Positions 38,294-49,005 of a stretch of DNA of 64,000 nucleotides are shown here, piece after piece. Numbering within the stretch: the stretch's first letter is position 1; the number at the start of each line of letters is the position of its first letter. Location: the UHGV virus genome UHGV-0277504; one strand, given 5' to 3'. This DNA is from a virus. Made by a program: the position numbers and the translations under genes. The notes below the pieces were generated by a model. That model ran no database searches. It worked only from the letters and a program-made list of their open reading frames with translations, and was not told the origin of the DNA.

Positions 38294-39283
38294 TTAAATT
38301 TTAGTAAATGCTTCTTTATTTCCTTTAATATAATTTTCTTTACTTTCTTTTTCTTCTTCAGTAATCTTACCTGATTCAAAATAATCTTGTATTTTTTGGA
38401 GTGCTAACATGTATTTAACATAACCAATAGGAGAGTTAAATTCATTCATATGCTTTTCATCATATTCTACTAAATCTCCATAGCTTGTTCCTATTTCCAT
38501 ATCTGCTACAATAGGATACCTAATATTCTCTCCTTCATACTCAATGTATAAGAAATCAAAAGGTAAGTTTTGCATACAATGTAATACAACTTTAGCCATA
38601 ACTTTAACTTCATCTGGGTGTGTATCAACTACAATACTATCATGTACTGTGGCAATAAGTTTAGACTTCATATTTCTAGTTTGAATAAAATCATCAATAT
38701 AAGTAATTGCCATACTTGTAAACCATGAACCTAAACCTTGTATTCTAGCATTAAATGATTGTCTTAAAGCTTGATTTCTTTTTTGTTTATCATTACTTGT
38801 AGCATTACCTAAAAATCGTCTAAACCCATGTAATGTTTCTACATAACCATGTTTTTGTGCAAACTCATGCGTGTCTTCAATCGCTTGTCCTACAGCTGGC
38901 TTATTTTTATAGTAATTATCAAATAATTCTTCTGCCTCTTCTACAGGCATATTATTTTTACTAGCAAAAGAAAATGGAACGTCACCATACAATAATGAGA
39001 AACTTACTGTTTTTGCTTTTGTACGTTCATCAGTAGTTATCTCTTCCTCTGGTTTATTATACACTAAGCTTGCTGTATTCTTGTGTAGGTCTCCCCCGTG
39101 TAAGAAAATATTAGTCATATCTTTATCTTTTGTCATCAAACCAGTAACTCTGAGCTCTAAAGCTGAATAATCGGCTTGTAAAATTACACCATTGTTAAAT
39201 CTTGAAACAAAAGAACGTTTAATAGGGTGATGATAATCAAATTTATTGACATTAGATGTGTGTGCTACAATATTTTGTAAATT
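38294..39283 (-). CDS. polA: DNA polymerase (family A), exon 2
   Basis: Frame opens at NLQNI; motif A ADYSALELR, motif B RTKAKTVSFSLLYG, motif C VHDS. Confidence 0.8.
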   Translation of the reverse strand, partial: NLQNIVAHTSNVNKFDYHHPIKRSFVSRFNNGVILQADYSALELRVTGLMTKDKDMTNIFLHGGDLHKNTASLVYNKPEEEITTDERTKAKTVSFSLLYGDVPFSFASKNNMPVEEAEELFDNYYKNKPAVGQAIEDTHEFAQKHGYVETLHGFRRFLGNATSNDKQKRNQALRQSFNARIQGLGSWFTSMAITYIDDFIQTRNMKSKLIATVHDSIVVDTHPDEVKVMAKVVLHCMQNLPFDFLYIEYEGENIRYPIVADMEIGTSYGDLVEYDEKHMNEFNSPIGYVKYMLALQKIQDYFESGKITEEEKESKENYIKGNKEAFTKI

Positions 39284-40380
39284 TTACTTGTGTACAATAT
39301 AATTTATTTATTATATTGTATCTATTGTCATTTAAACAATAGCTATATATCTCTATATAGGACAGACTATATCATATATCATTTCTGTGGTAGGTTTATT
39401 GTTTATTTACTGTTTCTAAATTTATATCCTTTATACTCTACAAAGTCATCTGTTTTTCTTAATTTATCTCTCAATGTCTTATGATTATTCATGTTGAGTA
39501 GTTTCATCACCTTATTCATACTATACTTAGTATACAATAGATTACCGTCTAAGTCAAATACATCAATTTTCATATTTTTACTTCTTTTAGACTCTTTATT
39601 TACATACTCCCACTTATAACCTTTATGTGATTTATGTCTTCCAGAAATTACTTGACTTATTTTTGATGGGCTAAAATACCCACCAGTTTCTCTTTGTGCT
39701 TGAGTGGGTGAATCCCACACCTTAACAATATTACCTTCCATATCTTTTTGATATACTGCTTTATTAGATACCTTTTTAAGTTGTTCCCTAGCACTATACG
39801 TATTTTGTCTACCTTGTTTAGCAGAGTGTAAGGTATTGCCCCTATAATCTACCCATTCTAGGTTGTTTACGTGGTTATTCAATCTATTATTATCGATGTG
39901 GTTAACAACATTTAGATTAGGATTATTGTTAGGTATAAAAAGCTTTGCTACTAATCTATGCACTAATATGTTACCCTCAGTAACTGTAACTTGTTTGTAC
40001 CCTGAATTAATAATCCATGGTTTTAATTCATGCTTAGTAATTTTATTTATTACTCTACCTGTATTACTTACTTTATATTTATCATCATAATCTTTCCAAA
40101 CTTCTTTCATATACTCTTCCTTACTATTCCCTACCACAGAAATAATATCCTTGCTTTCGTGGGTGTGTATTGGTTGTGCTACCTCAACACCTAGTCGTTG
40201 AGCCTTCCCCATACTTCCATACACTTTCAGGGGCTTGGTTGCGGATTCTCTTTATTCTTAACCTTTTTACTGTACCAAACACATTACTGTTTGCCCTTAT
40301 ATATGTTTCCATTATAAGTTAGTAGTTAAGACCTAACAAGTTTCTCCCCGCAGTTAACAAAGTTTTACAACCCCAATTTA
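39284..40380 (-). other. intron in the DNA polymerase gene (about 1.1 kb, contains an HNH endonuclease ORF)
   Basis: Exon 1 ends TGRLASSNP and exon 2 begins NLQNI, reconstituting the Pol I motif; boundaries inferred, within a few nt. Confidence 0.6.
39403..40224 (-). CDS. HNH homing endonuclease (intron-encoded)
   Basis: YKVSNTGRV (NUMOD4-like), VHRLVAKLFIPNNNPNLNVVNHIDNNRLNNHVNNLEW (HNH_3-like). Confidence 0.75.
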   Translation of the reverse strand: MYGSMGKAQRLGVEVAQPIHTHESKDIISVVGNSKEEYMKEVWKDYDDKYKVSNTGRVINKITKHELKPWIINSGYKQVTVTEGNILVHRLVAKLFIPNNNPNLNVVNHIDNNRLNNHVNNLEWVDYRGNTLHSAKQGRQNTYSAREQLKKVSNKAVYQKDMEGNIVKVWDSPTQAQRETGGYFSPSKISQVISGRHKSHKGYKWEYVNKESKRSKNMKIDVFDLDGNLLYTKYSMNKVMKLLNMNNHKTLRDKLRKTDDFVEYKGYKFRNSK

Positions 40381-42609
40381 AGGGTTACTACTGGCTAATC
40401 TTCCTGTACTTGTAGTTGTTGATGAGAAACTACCATGTAGTGTTTGTGTGTTTTTATTAACCATTCTAGGAAGCTTATGAGTAAATGAGTTTCGTTTTGT
40501 TCGTATAGAGGCGTAGTATAATAAGTCTTCTATTAGTTCTTTGTTATCTTCTGTTACTTCTAAATCAGATAATATATATCCTAGAGCTTTAGTATCTGTT
40601 TTATAGTCTTCCCAACTAATATCTTGCTCTTTCTTTTTCTCAAAAGAGGTAGCTTTAACGTAGTTCTGGTCATAAGGTAATTCAAAACCTAATATTTTAT
40701 ACAATAGTTCACTTTTATGGTCTCCTGACCCTATATTAAATTTCCACCCATCATCTTTATACTTATTTCTGTACTTCTCTATTTCTGGGTCTCTTTCTTT
40801 TTTAGGTTTACTAAACTCTTCTAAACCTAGTTCATATAAGTTATATTTTTCTTCTTCAAATTCTTTTACCGCCCAATGTTCTCTTATTTTATTTTCAATT
40901 TTAGTTAATTCTAATTCATAGGCTTTGTCATTCTTTTCCATGTAATCTAAATCAGCATATAGACCATTACTCTCTATTCTTGCTAGGGTTCTATCTAACC
41001 TTGGATAATCTTGTTGCCATAACTTTATTGCTTTAGGTCGTTGTTGGTCTTTTAATTTTTCTAGTATATTAGAATAAATTCTACGACATACATCAACGTC
41101 ACCACTAGCATAAGGGTGCATTAGTTCTAAAGGAATCCAATCATAATTAAACTTACCACCATCAACTTCATTATATACATCTGTATGTTTTTTAAACCTA
41201 TTAATTAATTCTAAAGCTGTTTTAAGTGTATATTCTTTACCTTCATCACTTAAAGACATATACTCATCCGAAAGCTTAGCTACCTCTTCAAACTCTGAAT
41301 CACCCATTAACATTGTTTTTGTTAATCGTTCTGGGTGTAAACCTAATTGAATATATTGCTTATCAGTACTATTCATTTCTGTTTTTTGCTCATATTTATC
41401 AAGCTCTACTTCTTTATCCACACTAATGTTTTCAGATAACCAATTTTTATATTCTGTTGCTTTAATATTATGTTCTTTTTTTGCAATACTCTTGTTATCT
41501 TTAATAATAGTAGACATTTTTTCTGACAAGAATTTAAGTAATTTTCTACTAAACCATTTTTTAAATTCTTCTAACGGTGTGTCATACCCACCCATATCTG
41601 TAACCTCATATGCTAAGTCAGACAGGCGTTTAGAATCTGTGGTTTCTTGTGTTACAGCTAAATACCAGCCTACAAGTGTGTCTTGATTATTTTCAAATGT
41701 GTTAAATCCTAGTGTACTCATTAGGAATTTTATATCATATTTAATATTATGACCTACTTTTATATCCTCTTTATCAGCTAACCACTCTCTTAAGTAACTT
41801 AGTATCTCATCAATATCTTTTTGTCCGTTTTTCCAATTAAAATCAGATTTATAAATAGGTATTGTGACACCTTGTCCGTTTTTCCAACTTAAAGATACTA
41901 CTAAAACTTTACTTCCTGCTCTATCTGGTTTTAGTGAATTAGTCTCTGTATCCCAAGCTGTTATATCTATACCATCATTATTATCTTTTTTTACTTCTTT
42001 AGTAAAAATCTCTCTTACTCTTTCAATATCTGTTACAAGTTCATATGACACTTTTTTAGGTTTAAAGGCTTCTTCTCCATTTTTTACAAATTTACCTAAT
42101 AAATTAAGGTCTGTAACTACATGACGTTCAGCATTTTTATTAACATTAGTGTATTCAATACTATAAGTAGGTAATACCCAAACATCTTTACTTGTATTTT
42201 CAGTACTTAATGTTATTTTGTGAGGTACACCTCTTACTGAACCTAATTTTGTAACGTTTAGTAAAAATTTAATACCTAGTTTACCTAAAGGAACAATAAT
42301 ATCATAATTATTATCAATAATTCGTTTAGTTAATTCTGAGTAATAAGGTTTAACTTCTGTTTGCTTTACATCTTGGTATTTAACAATCTTACCGTAATTA
42401 TTTGTTACAGGTGTTGGTATAGCCTTATACACAAAATCAATATCATAATCTTTTCTAGAATTATCTCTTACTAAACCTGAACATCTCTCTAATAACATTT
42501 TTAAAGTTTTACCATTTTGAGTATTAAAAAGATTTAATCTTGTTTTATTATCATCTGTAACTTTAAAATGTTCTTCTCTTATGTGGTCGTATAAAATTAA
42601 AGCTTTCAT
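40381..42609 (-). CDS. polA: DNA polymerase (family A), exon 1
   Basis: Likely true start ATG 42607-42609 with strong RBS AAGGAGAAG; ends at the O-helix-preceding TGRLASSNP. Confidence 0.8.
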
Positions 42610-42640
42610 ATTTATCTTCTCCTTACACTTGTTTAAATAT

Positions 42641-42669
42641 ATGATACCATAGAATATCTTTAATGTCAA
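42641..42669 (-). promoter_or_regulatory. putative promoter TTGACA-N17-TATCAT for polA
   Basis: Plus tgtcaa at 42664-42669; weak -10. Confidence 0.4.
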
Positions 42670-42703
42670 TAAAAAAAGAGACAAATTTTTTAATCTGTCT
42701 CTC
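42669..42703 (-). terminator. terminator hairpin (agagaca/tgtctct) with T-run on the minus strand
   Basis: 7-bp stem, A-run 42670-42677 on plus. Confidence 0.5.
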
Positions 42704-42989
42704 TAAGTCTTTCATTTGCTTCTTCTAAGTATTTCATAGGTTTAATCTTAAGTACTTTCTTACTAGGTATAGTATAGTACTTCTTATCTAATCCATTCCA
42801 TGCTCTTTTTTCTGGTTTTTCAATTACTTCTATTTGATATAATTTATGATTTTTTATTTTTTCTTGCCCTTCGTCAATGAAATCAACGATAGCTTTTGAT
42901 TCTGCTTCTAATATTTCTTCTATATCCTGTATGTAGTATCCTGTTTCCTCTGATATTCTTCTAGCTATATCTTTTCTATTTACTGTCAT
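42690..42989 (-). CDS. putative HU/IHF-like DNA-binding protein
   Basis: 99-aa protein with an N-terminal KDIARRISEETG...IEEILEA...VDFI pattern resembling HU/IHF. Confidence 0.4.
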   Translation of the reverse strand: MTVNRKDIARRISEETGYYIQDIEEILEAESKAIVDFIDEGQEKIKNHKLYQIEVIEKPEKRAWNGLDKKYYTIPSKKVLKIKPMKYLEEANERLRETD

Positions 42990-42997
42990 TATTATAC

Positions 42998-43723
42998 CTA
43001 CAGTTTAACATTCTTTTGTTTTTTTAATTTAGTTATCTCATTTGTAACATCTTGGTGGTCTTCTTCACTAGTAAGGATATAGATATACATTTTCCATACA
43101 GATAGAGATACTCTAATTCTTTCAGCAAAATCAATTTTATATTCAGGTTTTAGTACGTAACCTTCACCATCAAAATCATAAAATTTTTTTTGTTTTTCTT
43201 CAATTGTTCTTATCTTAGGGAATGTTAAGTGAACCTCATCAACATTAGTTTTAATTGGATGTAAATTTCTAATAATTTCATAAGGATTTACATAAGGAAG
43301 TACTATTGAAATATCAATTATTACTTTAGTTCCCATAAAGGATAATGCTATATTATCAATTTCTTTATCTGAAAAACGCTCACGCATTTTATAAACAACT
43401 GCTGAATTTTGGTTTGTAGATAAGTCTTTAAATACATAATAAGGTATAATAGAATCTGTATAATAGTAAACACCGCCTCCATGTTTACATACTTTCTCAA
43501 TAAGCCTATCGTTATTATACTTCTCATTAAATAACATATAAGTATTATCATCTTTGAGTATATATCTACTAGACTTAGTAGCTACCTTATCTAGATTTTT
43601 TTCTATATCCTCTTCATTTGCATGTGTTATTTTTATTGATTTACTTATTTCTTTTTTATCTTTAGTATGAATATTGAAATATCTATCACTATTATATATA
43701 GTTAGTGTTTTATTTTTTGCCAT
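42998..43723 (-). CDS. hypothetical protein
   Basis: ORF. Confidence 0.5.
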   Translation of the reverse strand: MAKNKTLTIYNSDRYFNIHTKDKKEISKSIKITHANEEDIEKNLDKVATKSSRYILKDDNTYMLFNEKYNNDRLIEKVCKHGGGVYYYTDSIIPYYVFKDLSTNQNSAVVYKMRERFSDKEIDNIALSFMGTKVIIDISIVLPYVNPYEIIRNLHPIKTNVDEVHLTFPKIRTIEEKQKKFYDFDGEGYVLKPEYKIDFAERIRVSLSVWKMYIYILTSEEDHQDVTNEITKLKKQKNVKL

Positions 43724-43788
43724 AAAAAAACCTCACTTCTTTGTATAAATTAATTATACCATAAAAGTGAGATTTATCAAAATTAAAT

Positions 43789-44112
43789 TTAAATATTTTC
43801 TAAATCTTTAAATTTCATAGGGTTTACATCGTCACCTTCTAAAGTAACTTTAAGTTCTCCGTTTTTAAAACAAAGTAACAAAGGAGTACTCATAACATTA
43901 AATTTCTCGATAGCTAACTCTCTATCCACATCTTCATCATCTAAATTTAATGAGAAAATAGGTTTTGTAATATCTCCAGTCTTTTCAAATTCAGGTAAGA
44001 TATTTTTTAAAATCTCACATTTAGCACATCCGTCTTGTGAAATTAATACAATAGCGTCATCATTGTATGAGATTTTTGTATTTAAGTCTACTAAGCTTTC
44101 TAATTTTTCCAT
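43789..44112 (-). CDS. thioredoxin/glutaredoxin-like (NrdH-like) protein
   Basis: CAKC (CxxC) active-site motif near the N-terminus; position next to the nrd genes. Confidence 0.5.
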   Translation of the reverse strand: MEKLESLVDLNTKISYNDDAIVLISQDGCAKCEILKNILPEFEKTGDITKPIFSLNLDDEDVDRELAIEKFNVMSTPLLLCFKNGELKVTLEGDDVNPMKFKDLENI

Positions 44113-44114
44113 AT

Positions 44115-44426
44115 TTATTCTTCATCCTTTTCTAATAAATTAATTACTTCTTCAAAGCTATTTACATTATAAACTATTGGATGTTCTAATCCTTGTGACT
44201 TATCTATAACTGTGAGTGCACTGTTATTATACCCTAAAATATAATTAGTACTCTTATAACTAAATTCTAATTGAAAAGAAGTAGACTCTGAATCAGGTCT
44301 AGTATCTTCTTTCTGATTAAGTATTTTAATAGGGTCGTATAAGTCTTCTACATATTTGAAATCATCATACTTTTTAAACAAAGTCTCTGCTTTATTCATA
44401 AGTACTAATGCTTCTTTTCTATCCAT
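44115..44426 (-). CDS. hypothetical protein
   Basis: ORF. Confidence 0.45.
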   Translation of the reverse strand: MDRKEALVLMNKAETLFKKYDDFKYVEDLYDPIKILNQKEDTRPDSESTSFQLEFSYKSTNYILGYNNSALTVIDKSQGLEHPIVYNVNSFEEVINLLEKDEE

Positions 44427-44465
44427 AATAACTTTCCTTTCTTATGTTATACTATAAAAAGGTTA

Positions 44466-45539
44466 TCATAAAAATTTATCTACTAAATCACTTTCATTAT
44501 CTTCGATATTAAAATCATCATCTTTAATATCTTTAATATTAGTAGATTTTTCATAATCTGCTTTCCCACTAAAGAAATCTACGTGTCTCATTCTACCTAC
44601 ATCAATTTGATTATTAACAATAGCATTAAAAGGTTCTGGATGAAAATAATCTTCTTTACCTAAATTAGATAAGGCTCTATTAAAATTATATTCTACATAT
44701 CTAATTACATCTTCAGTTAATCCTAAGTCATCATATAACATATGTGTATATGATACTTCATTATCATATAATATGTCAAGTAATTTATACATTAATTTAT
44801 CAGCTTTTTCTTTTTCCGTATCTGTTAATTGTTCATAATCATATTGTGCTGTCAACCCTACTGCTGAACCATGATATGATTCATCTTGAGTTATTTTAAA
44901 TATAACAGCTCCTGATTGTGTCATACGACCTTGACCTGCTAAAAGTAAAGGGTAATAGAACCCGGAGTAGAATAAGGCACTCTCTAAAAACGCACTGGCA
45001 ACTTTTGCCATATATCTATCAAAAGTAGTAGGCTCTGGGTTTAGTAACTTTTTGTAAAAATAACCAATAAATTGAGCTTTTTTAATTAAGTGGCTTTCTT
45101 CTCTTACCCACTCATCTAATAAATAATTAGTTTCTTTATTATTTAAAATAGTTGTAAATATATGAGAGTATGAACGTTCATGTACAAACTCCATCATACC
45201 CATATATCCAAAAACAGCTTTATAATGTCTTCTAGGTTCTTGATATGAAATAAGGTTCATACCTTCTCCGCCTTGTTTAGCATCTAAACCAGTTAACCCT
45301 GCTAAAACTTTTTTATAAGTTTCTCTCTCAATGTCAGAGAGTTCATTCCAAGAATTTAAATCCCTGGAAATATCGAACTCTTCAGGAAACCAGATTTGAT
45401 TAACACCTTGGTTCCAATAAATCTCAGACATACCGTCTGATTGTTTATTCCAATTAATTGGTTCTAATTTATCTTCTTTATTATTTAATTCTACTGCTTT
45501 TCTTAGTGACATTTGTTTTCCTTCCTTTATACCGAACAT
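44466..45539 (-). CDS. nrdF: ribonucleotide reductase class Ib beta subunit
   Basis: Ferritin-like R2 fold signatures; adjacent to nrdE. Confidence 0.8.
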   Translation of the reverse strand: MFGIKEGKQMSLRKAVELNNKEDKLEPINWNKQSDGMSEIYWNQGVNQIWFPEEFDISRDLNSWNELSDIERETYKKVLAGLTGLDAKQGGEGMNLISYQEPRRHYKAVFGYMGMMEFVHERSYSHIFTTILNNKETNYLLDEWVREESHLIKKAQFIGYFYKKLLNPEPTTFDRYMAKVASAFLESALFYSGFYYPLLLAGQGRMTQSGAVIFKITQDESYHGSAVGLTAQYDYEQLTDTEKEKADKLMYKLLDILYDNEVSYTHMLYDDLGLTEDVIRYVEYNFNRALSNLGKEDYFHPEPFNAIVNNQIDVGRMRHVDFFSGKADYEKSTNIKDIKDDDFNIEDNESDLVDKFL

Positions 45540-46495
45540 GTTTCACATTCAATTACCTCTAACTTACGTGAACGTGTATAATATAATGATTTTAATCCTT
45601 TAGACCATGCATAGTAGTATAAACTTACTAGTTTATTTGTAGGTATTTCTGATTCAACATATAAAATTGTAGAAACTGCTTGGTCTGTATGCTTCTGAAC
45701 CACAGCACCTGTATTTATGATTTTTTTATTATCTAATTTATATGCTGTTTCATTATCGTAAAAGAATTGAGTAATAGGACTCAAGAAAGGCATAGGGTAA
45801 TATGTTTCCATATCTCCATACTGTCTATTCTCAATCGCACTAGGTACAGGCATAATGCTTGCTGTAGCATTTTGAACATATGAAATAGATTGTGTTGGAG
45901 CTTCCGCTCTTCTGTAAGCATTATATAAACCGTATCTTTTAACATCTTTAGCTAATTGTTCCCAATCATCTTGACTAGGGATATACACTTTTTCTAAAAC
46001 TTCTTTAGCTTTTTGTGTTGTTGGTTCATTAGATTTATTAATGTATGGTTTGAAATAATTACCATTAGCATACTCGGATTTTTCAAACCCTTTAAATGAC
46101 TTACCTTTTTCTTTAGCAATGTGCATACTAGATTTAATAGAGTTATAGTTTATTGCACTATACAAGCTGTTAATGAGGTCTAAAGCTTCTAATGAACCAT
46201 AACTAATCATATTTTTAGCTAAGAGTCCATGTAAATTAAGTGAACCTAAACCTACTGCATGTAATTCATCATTAGCTTTATTTACACTAGGTAAAAATGG
46301 TAGATACATCATATCAGTAACATTTGACAAAGAACGCATACCCATATCAACTGACTCTTCAAGTAAACCTTTCTCTACAACATTTACTAAGTTTAATGAT
46401 GCTAGTGTACAAATAACATCCCTACCGATATTATCTTTATCAGATTCCATATAAGGATGTATATCTGATACTTCTTGTAATTGTGCTATTTCTGT
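45527..46495 (-). CDS. nrdE: ribonucleotide reductase alpha subunit, exon 2
   Basis: Frame reopens at TEIAQLQEV, completing the NLC|TEI active-site segment; C-terminal CxxC-type tail. Confidence 0.8.
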   Translation of the reverse strand, partial: TEIAQLQEVSDIHPYMESDKDNIGRDVICTLASLNLVNVVEKGLLEESVDMGMRSLSNVTDMMYLPFLPSVNKANDELHAVGLGSLNLHGLLAKNMISYGSLEALDLINSLYSAINYNSIKSSMHIAKEKGKSFKGFEKSEYANGNYFKPYINKSNEPTTQKAKEVLEKVYIPSQDDWEQLAKDVKRYGLYNAYRRAEAPTQSISYVQNATASIMPVPSAIENRQYGDMETYYPMPFLSPITQFFYDNETAYKLDNKKIINTGAVVQKHTDQAVSTILYVESEIPTNKLVSLYYYAWSKGLKSLYYTRSRKLEVIECETCSV

Positions 46496-47436
46496 CCTGT
46501 GTATTCAATAGTGGTCGTTAATCACTACCAGTTCTCTTATGAACTTCTCTATGTTTCCATAGATGAGTAGACTATATCATTCTTCCTATTAGGAAGTCCA
46601 CCGTTTCGATTTAAACAAGTTTTATATGATTATTACTCAATACTTGTACCACTTGGCTCTAACCTTATCCCTCCACATATGTGGATAGGTTACAGATAGT
46701 CGTTAGGCATTTAATATAAATTGTAATCATTTCTTTTCAAATTTTCTAGGCGTTAATCTTCTATACTCAGGGTAATTATCAGAATCTAATCTATAACCAA
46801 TTGTAGTATGTCCTATACTTAAAATTCTAGATGCTTCGGATGTACTCTCGTATTTTATACCCTCTATCTCTATTGCTCTAGAGTTAGCTTTCTTTACTGA
46901 ATTTATCATCTTTTCTGTTTTAGGTTTACCATACTGATGATTACCTTGACCTCTCATTTGTTGTTTTCTCATTTCTCTAATCTCTTCTTTTCGAGGGTTT
47001 GTTGTAAATATATCTCCTCCTACAGAAGATAATTTTACATTATAATAGTTATCATCATAAACTGCATTGGTTTTTAAAATTAATTCTTCCTCAGCTTTTT
47101 CTAATTCTTCTGTCGTATAGTAATCTTTTATAATTGTTTTAGTAAATTTATCTTTACCATATTTTTTAATATCTTCTTTGAGATACCTACCTGAACCTAA
47201 GTACTTTTCCCAGTCATTTATTCTGTTATAAAGAAATTTACCTATATATTTTTTACCATTTACAGAGCATGTAGTCACATAAACAGCTCCAACAGGTTTA
47301 TTTTCCATAATATCACTCTCCTATGAGTGATTACAATTTATATATTTAGCAACGGATTACCATATCATTTGACTTAGGCTTTCCCGTTTTAGATGGGTTT
47401 TTCGATAACGATTACTCGTTAAAGGTGCATTTATTT
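46496..47436 (-). other. group-I-type intron in nrdE (941 nt, contains a GIY-YIG ORF)
   Basis: Exon 1 ends in U (TGT Cys), intron ends in G; structured GC-richer flanks 46496-46726 and 47309-47436. Confidence 0.65.
46727..47308 (-). CDS. GIY-YIG homing endonuclease (intron-encoded)
   Basis: N-terminal GAVYVTTCSVNGKKYIGK motif. Confidence 0.75.
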   Translation of the reverse strand: MENKPVGAVYVTTCSVNGKKYIGKFLYNRINDWEKYLGSGRYLKEDIKKYGKDKFTKTIIKDYYTTEELEKAEEELILKTNAVYDDNYYNVKLSSVGGDIFTTNPRKEEIREMRKQQMRGQGNHQYGKPKTEKMINSVKKANSRAIEIEGIKYESTSEASRILSIGHTTIGYRLDSDNYPEYRRLTPRKFEKK

Positions 47437-48585
47437 ACACAAATTACTAGCTCTAACTTTACCTATACCTTTTAGTGGGTGATTATCATTTGCATTATCA
47501 ATATAGAAAACGTAAGGATAACCACTCTCTAATTGAGTTTTAGCAATATCAGTCATTAAATCTCTTGCATTTAATTTTTTCTTCTTAATGTTATCATTTT
47601 TAATTAAATTTTCATACTCTTCATTAAAATCAATCTCATCTAAATGTTTACCTGTTACTTCATATAAATTAGAAGTATCAAAAGTGTATAATGGTCTATC
47701 ATCTTTTACTAATTCCATGAACTTATTAGGAATTGTAACACCTAAAGATAAAGTATCTAACCTAACTTTCTCACTAGCATTAATTTTCTTAGAACTTAAA
47801 AAGTCTTCAATATCTTGATGAAATACATTTAAATAAACTACAGCTGAACCTTGACGCATACCTGCTTGGTTAAAGTGGCTTACACCTTGTTCAATATTTT
47901 TAGCAAAAGGAATAACTCCCTGACTAGCGTTAGGGTTGCCTTGTACTGTAGCTCCTTTAGGTCTTATTCTAGACGCTTCTACGGATACTCCACCACTATT
48001 TTTACTTGCATTTCGTACCGAGTTAGCTACAAAGTTAATAGATTCTATTGTATCATCTACAACAAAAATATAACAAGAACTTAATTCCCCTCTATTACCT
48101 TTACCTGAATGTAAATAAGTAGGTGTAGCTGGTTGTAATGTTTGTTCCATTAATTGAATAAGCATATCTCTAGCTTTAGCATAATCATCTTGGAATAAAT
48201 ATAATGCTACTCTAACATTATGCTGTTCATAATCCTCTACAAATACTACGTTATCATCTTTATCATATTGAACCACTGCATAGGATTCATAAAACTTTTG
48301 ACAAGCCATAAAACTTTGGAATTTAAAATTAAAGCTATATGCTAATTCTGTCATCTCTTTAATAATAGTATCAGGCACGTTATCTAATACTTTATCATAA
48401 GAGCCTTCTTTTGTCAATACTCTAACTCTATCTACTTCATTATCAAACTCTCTTGTATTAGACTTAACATAATCTTCATACTCTTTTAGAGCTTCTTTAT
48501 CTTTATATAATTTATTTTTACCATACTCATCCAGCTGGGTAATTTCGTTATTTAATTCAATCCATTTTCCATAATTCTTTGCCAT
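47437..48585 (-). CDS. nrdE: ribonucleotide reductase alpha subunit, exon 1
   Basis: Ends ...VRASNLC immediately before the intron. Confidence 0.8.
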
Positions 48586-48589
48586 TTAT

Positions 48590-48988
48590 CTATGCTCCAA
48601 TCACTTTATAATTTTCTTTAAAGTAATTTAATATATTTTCTACTTCATTAAAATGTCCTGATTGCTCAACTTTAGCAATTAGAGGTATATTAAACATGTT
48701 AGAAATTGTTCTTCCTGCTCCACAGAAAAATTTACCCCATTGTTTATTTCCTGTTCCAATAACTTCTTTAGGAGGATGGTTATTATTAATTAATTTTTTT
48801 ATCTGTACAGGCATTTCACCTTTCATATATGTTGGTGTAATTAATATATAATCTCTATTAATAACTTCTTTACCTGTTTTAACTCTTAATGTCTCAAATG
48901 AGTTATCAGGATTTATTTTATTTACTAACTTTTCTGTTTGACCTGTTCCTGAAAAGTAAACTATTAATGGTCTTTCTTTGCTTGTCAT
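48590..48988 (-). CDS. nrdI: flavodoxin-like NrdI
   Basis: 132 aa, N-terminal LIVYFSGTGQTEKLV; immediately upstream of nrdE. Confidence 0.6.
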   Translation of the reverse strand: MTSKERPLIVYFSGTGQTEKLVNKINPDNSFETLRVKTGKEVINRDYILITPTYMKGEMPVQIKKLINNNHPPKEVIGTGNKQWGKFFCGAGRTISNMFNIPLIAKVEQSGHFNEVENILNYFKENYKVIGA

Positions 48989-49005
48989 ATTGTATCTCTT
49001 CCTTC

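Noticed and set aside
42610-42684. A 25-aa N-terminal extension of polA.
   Set aside because: It overlaps promoter/terminator signals, and a strong RBS precedes the internal ATG at 42609.
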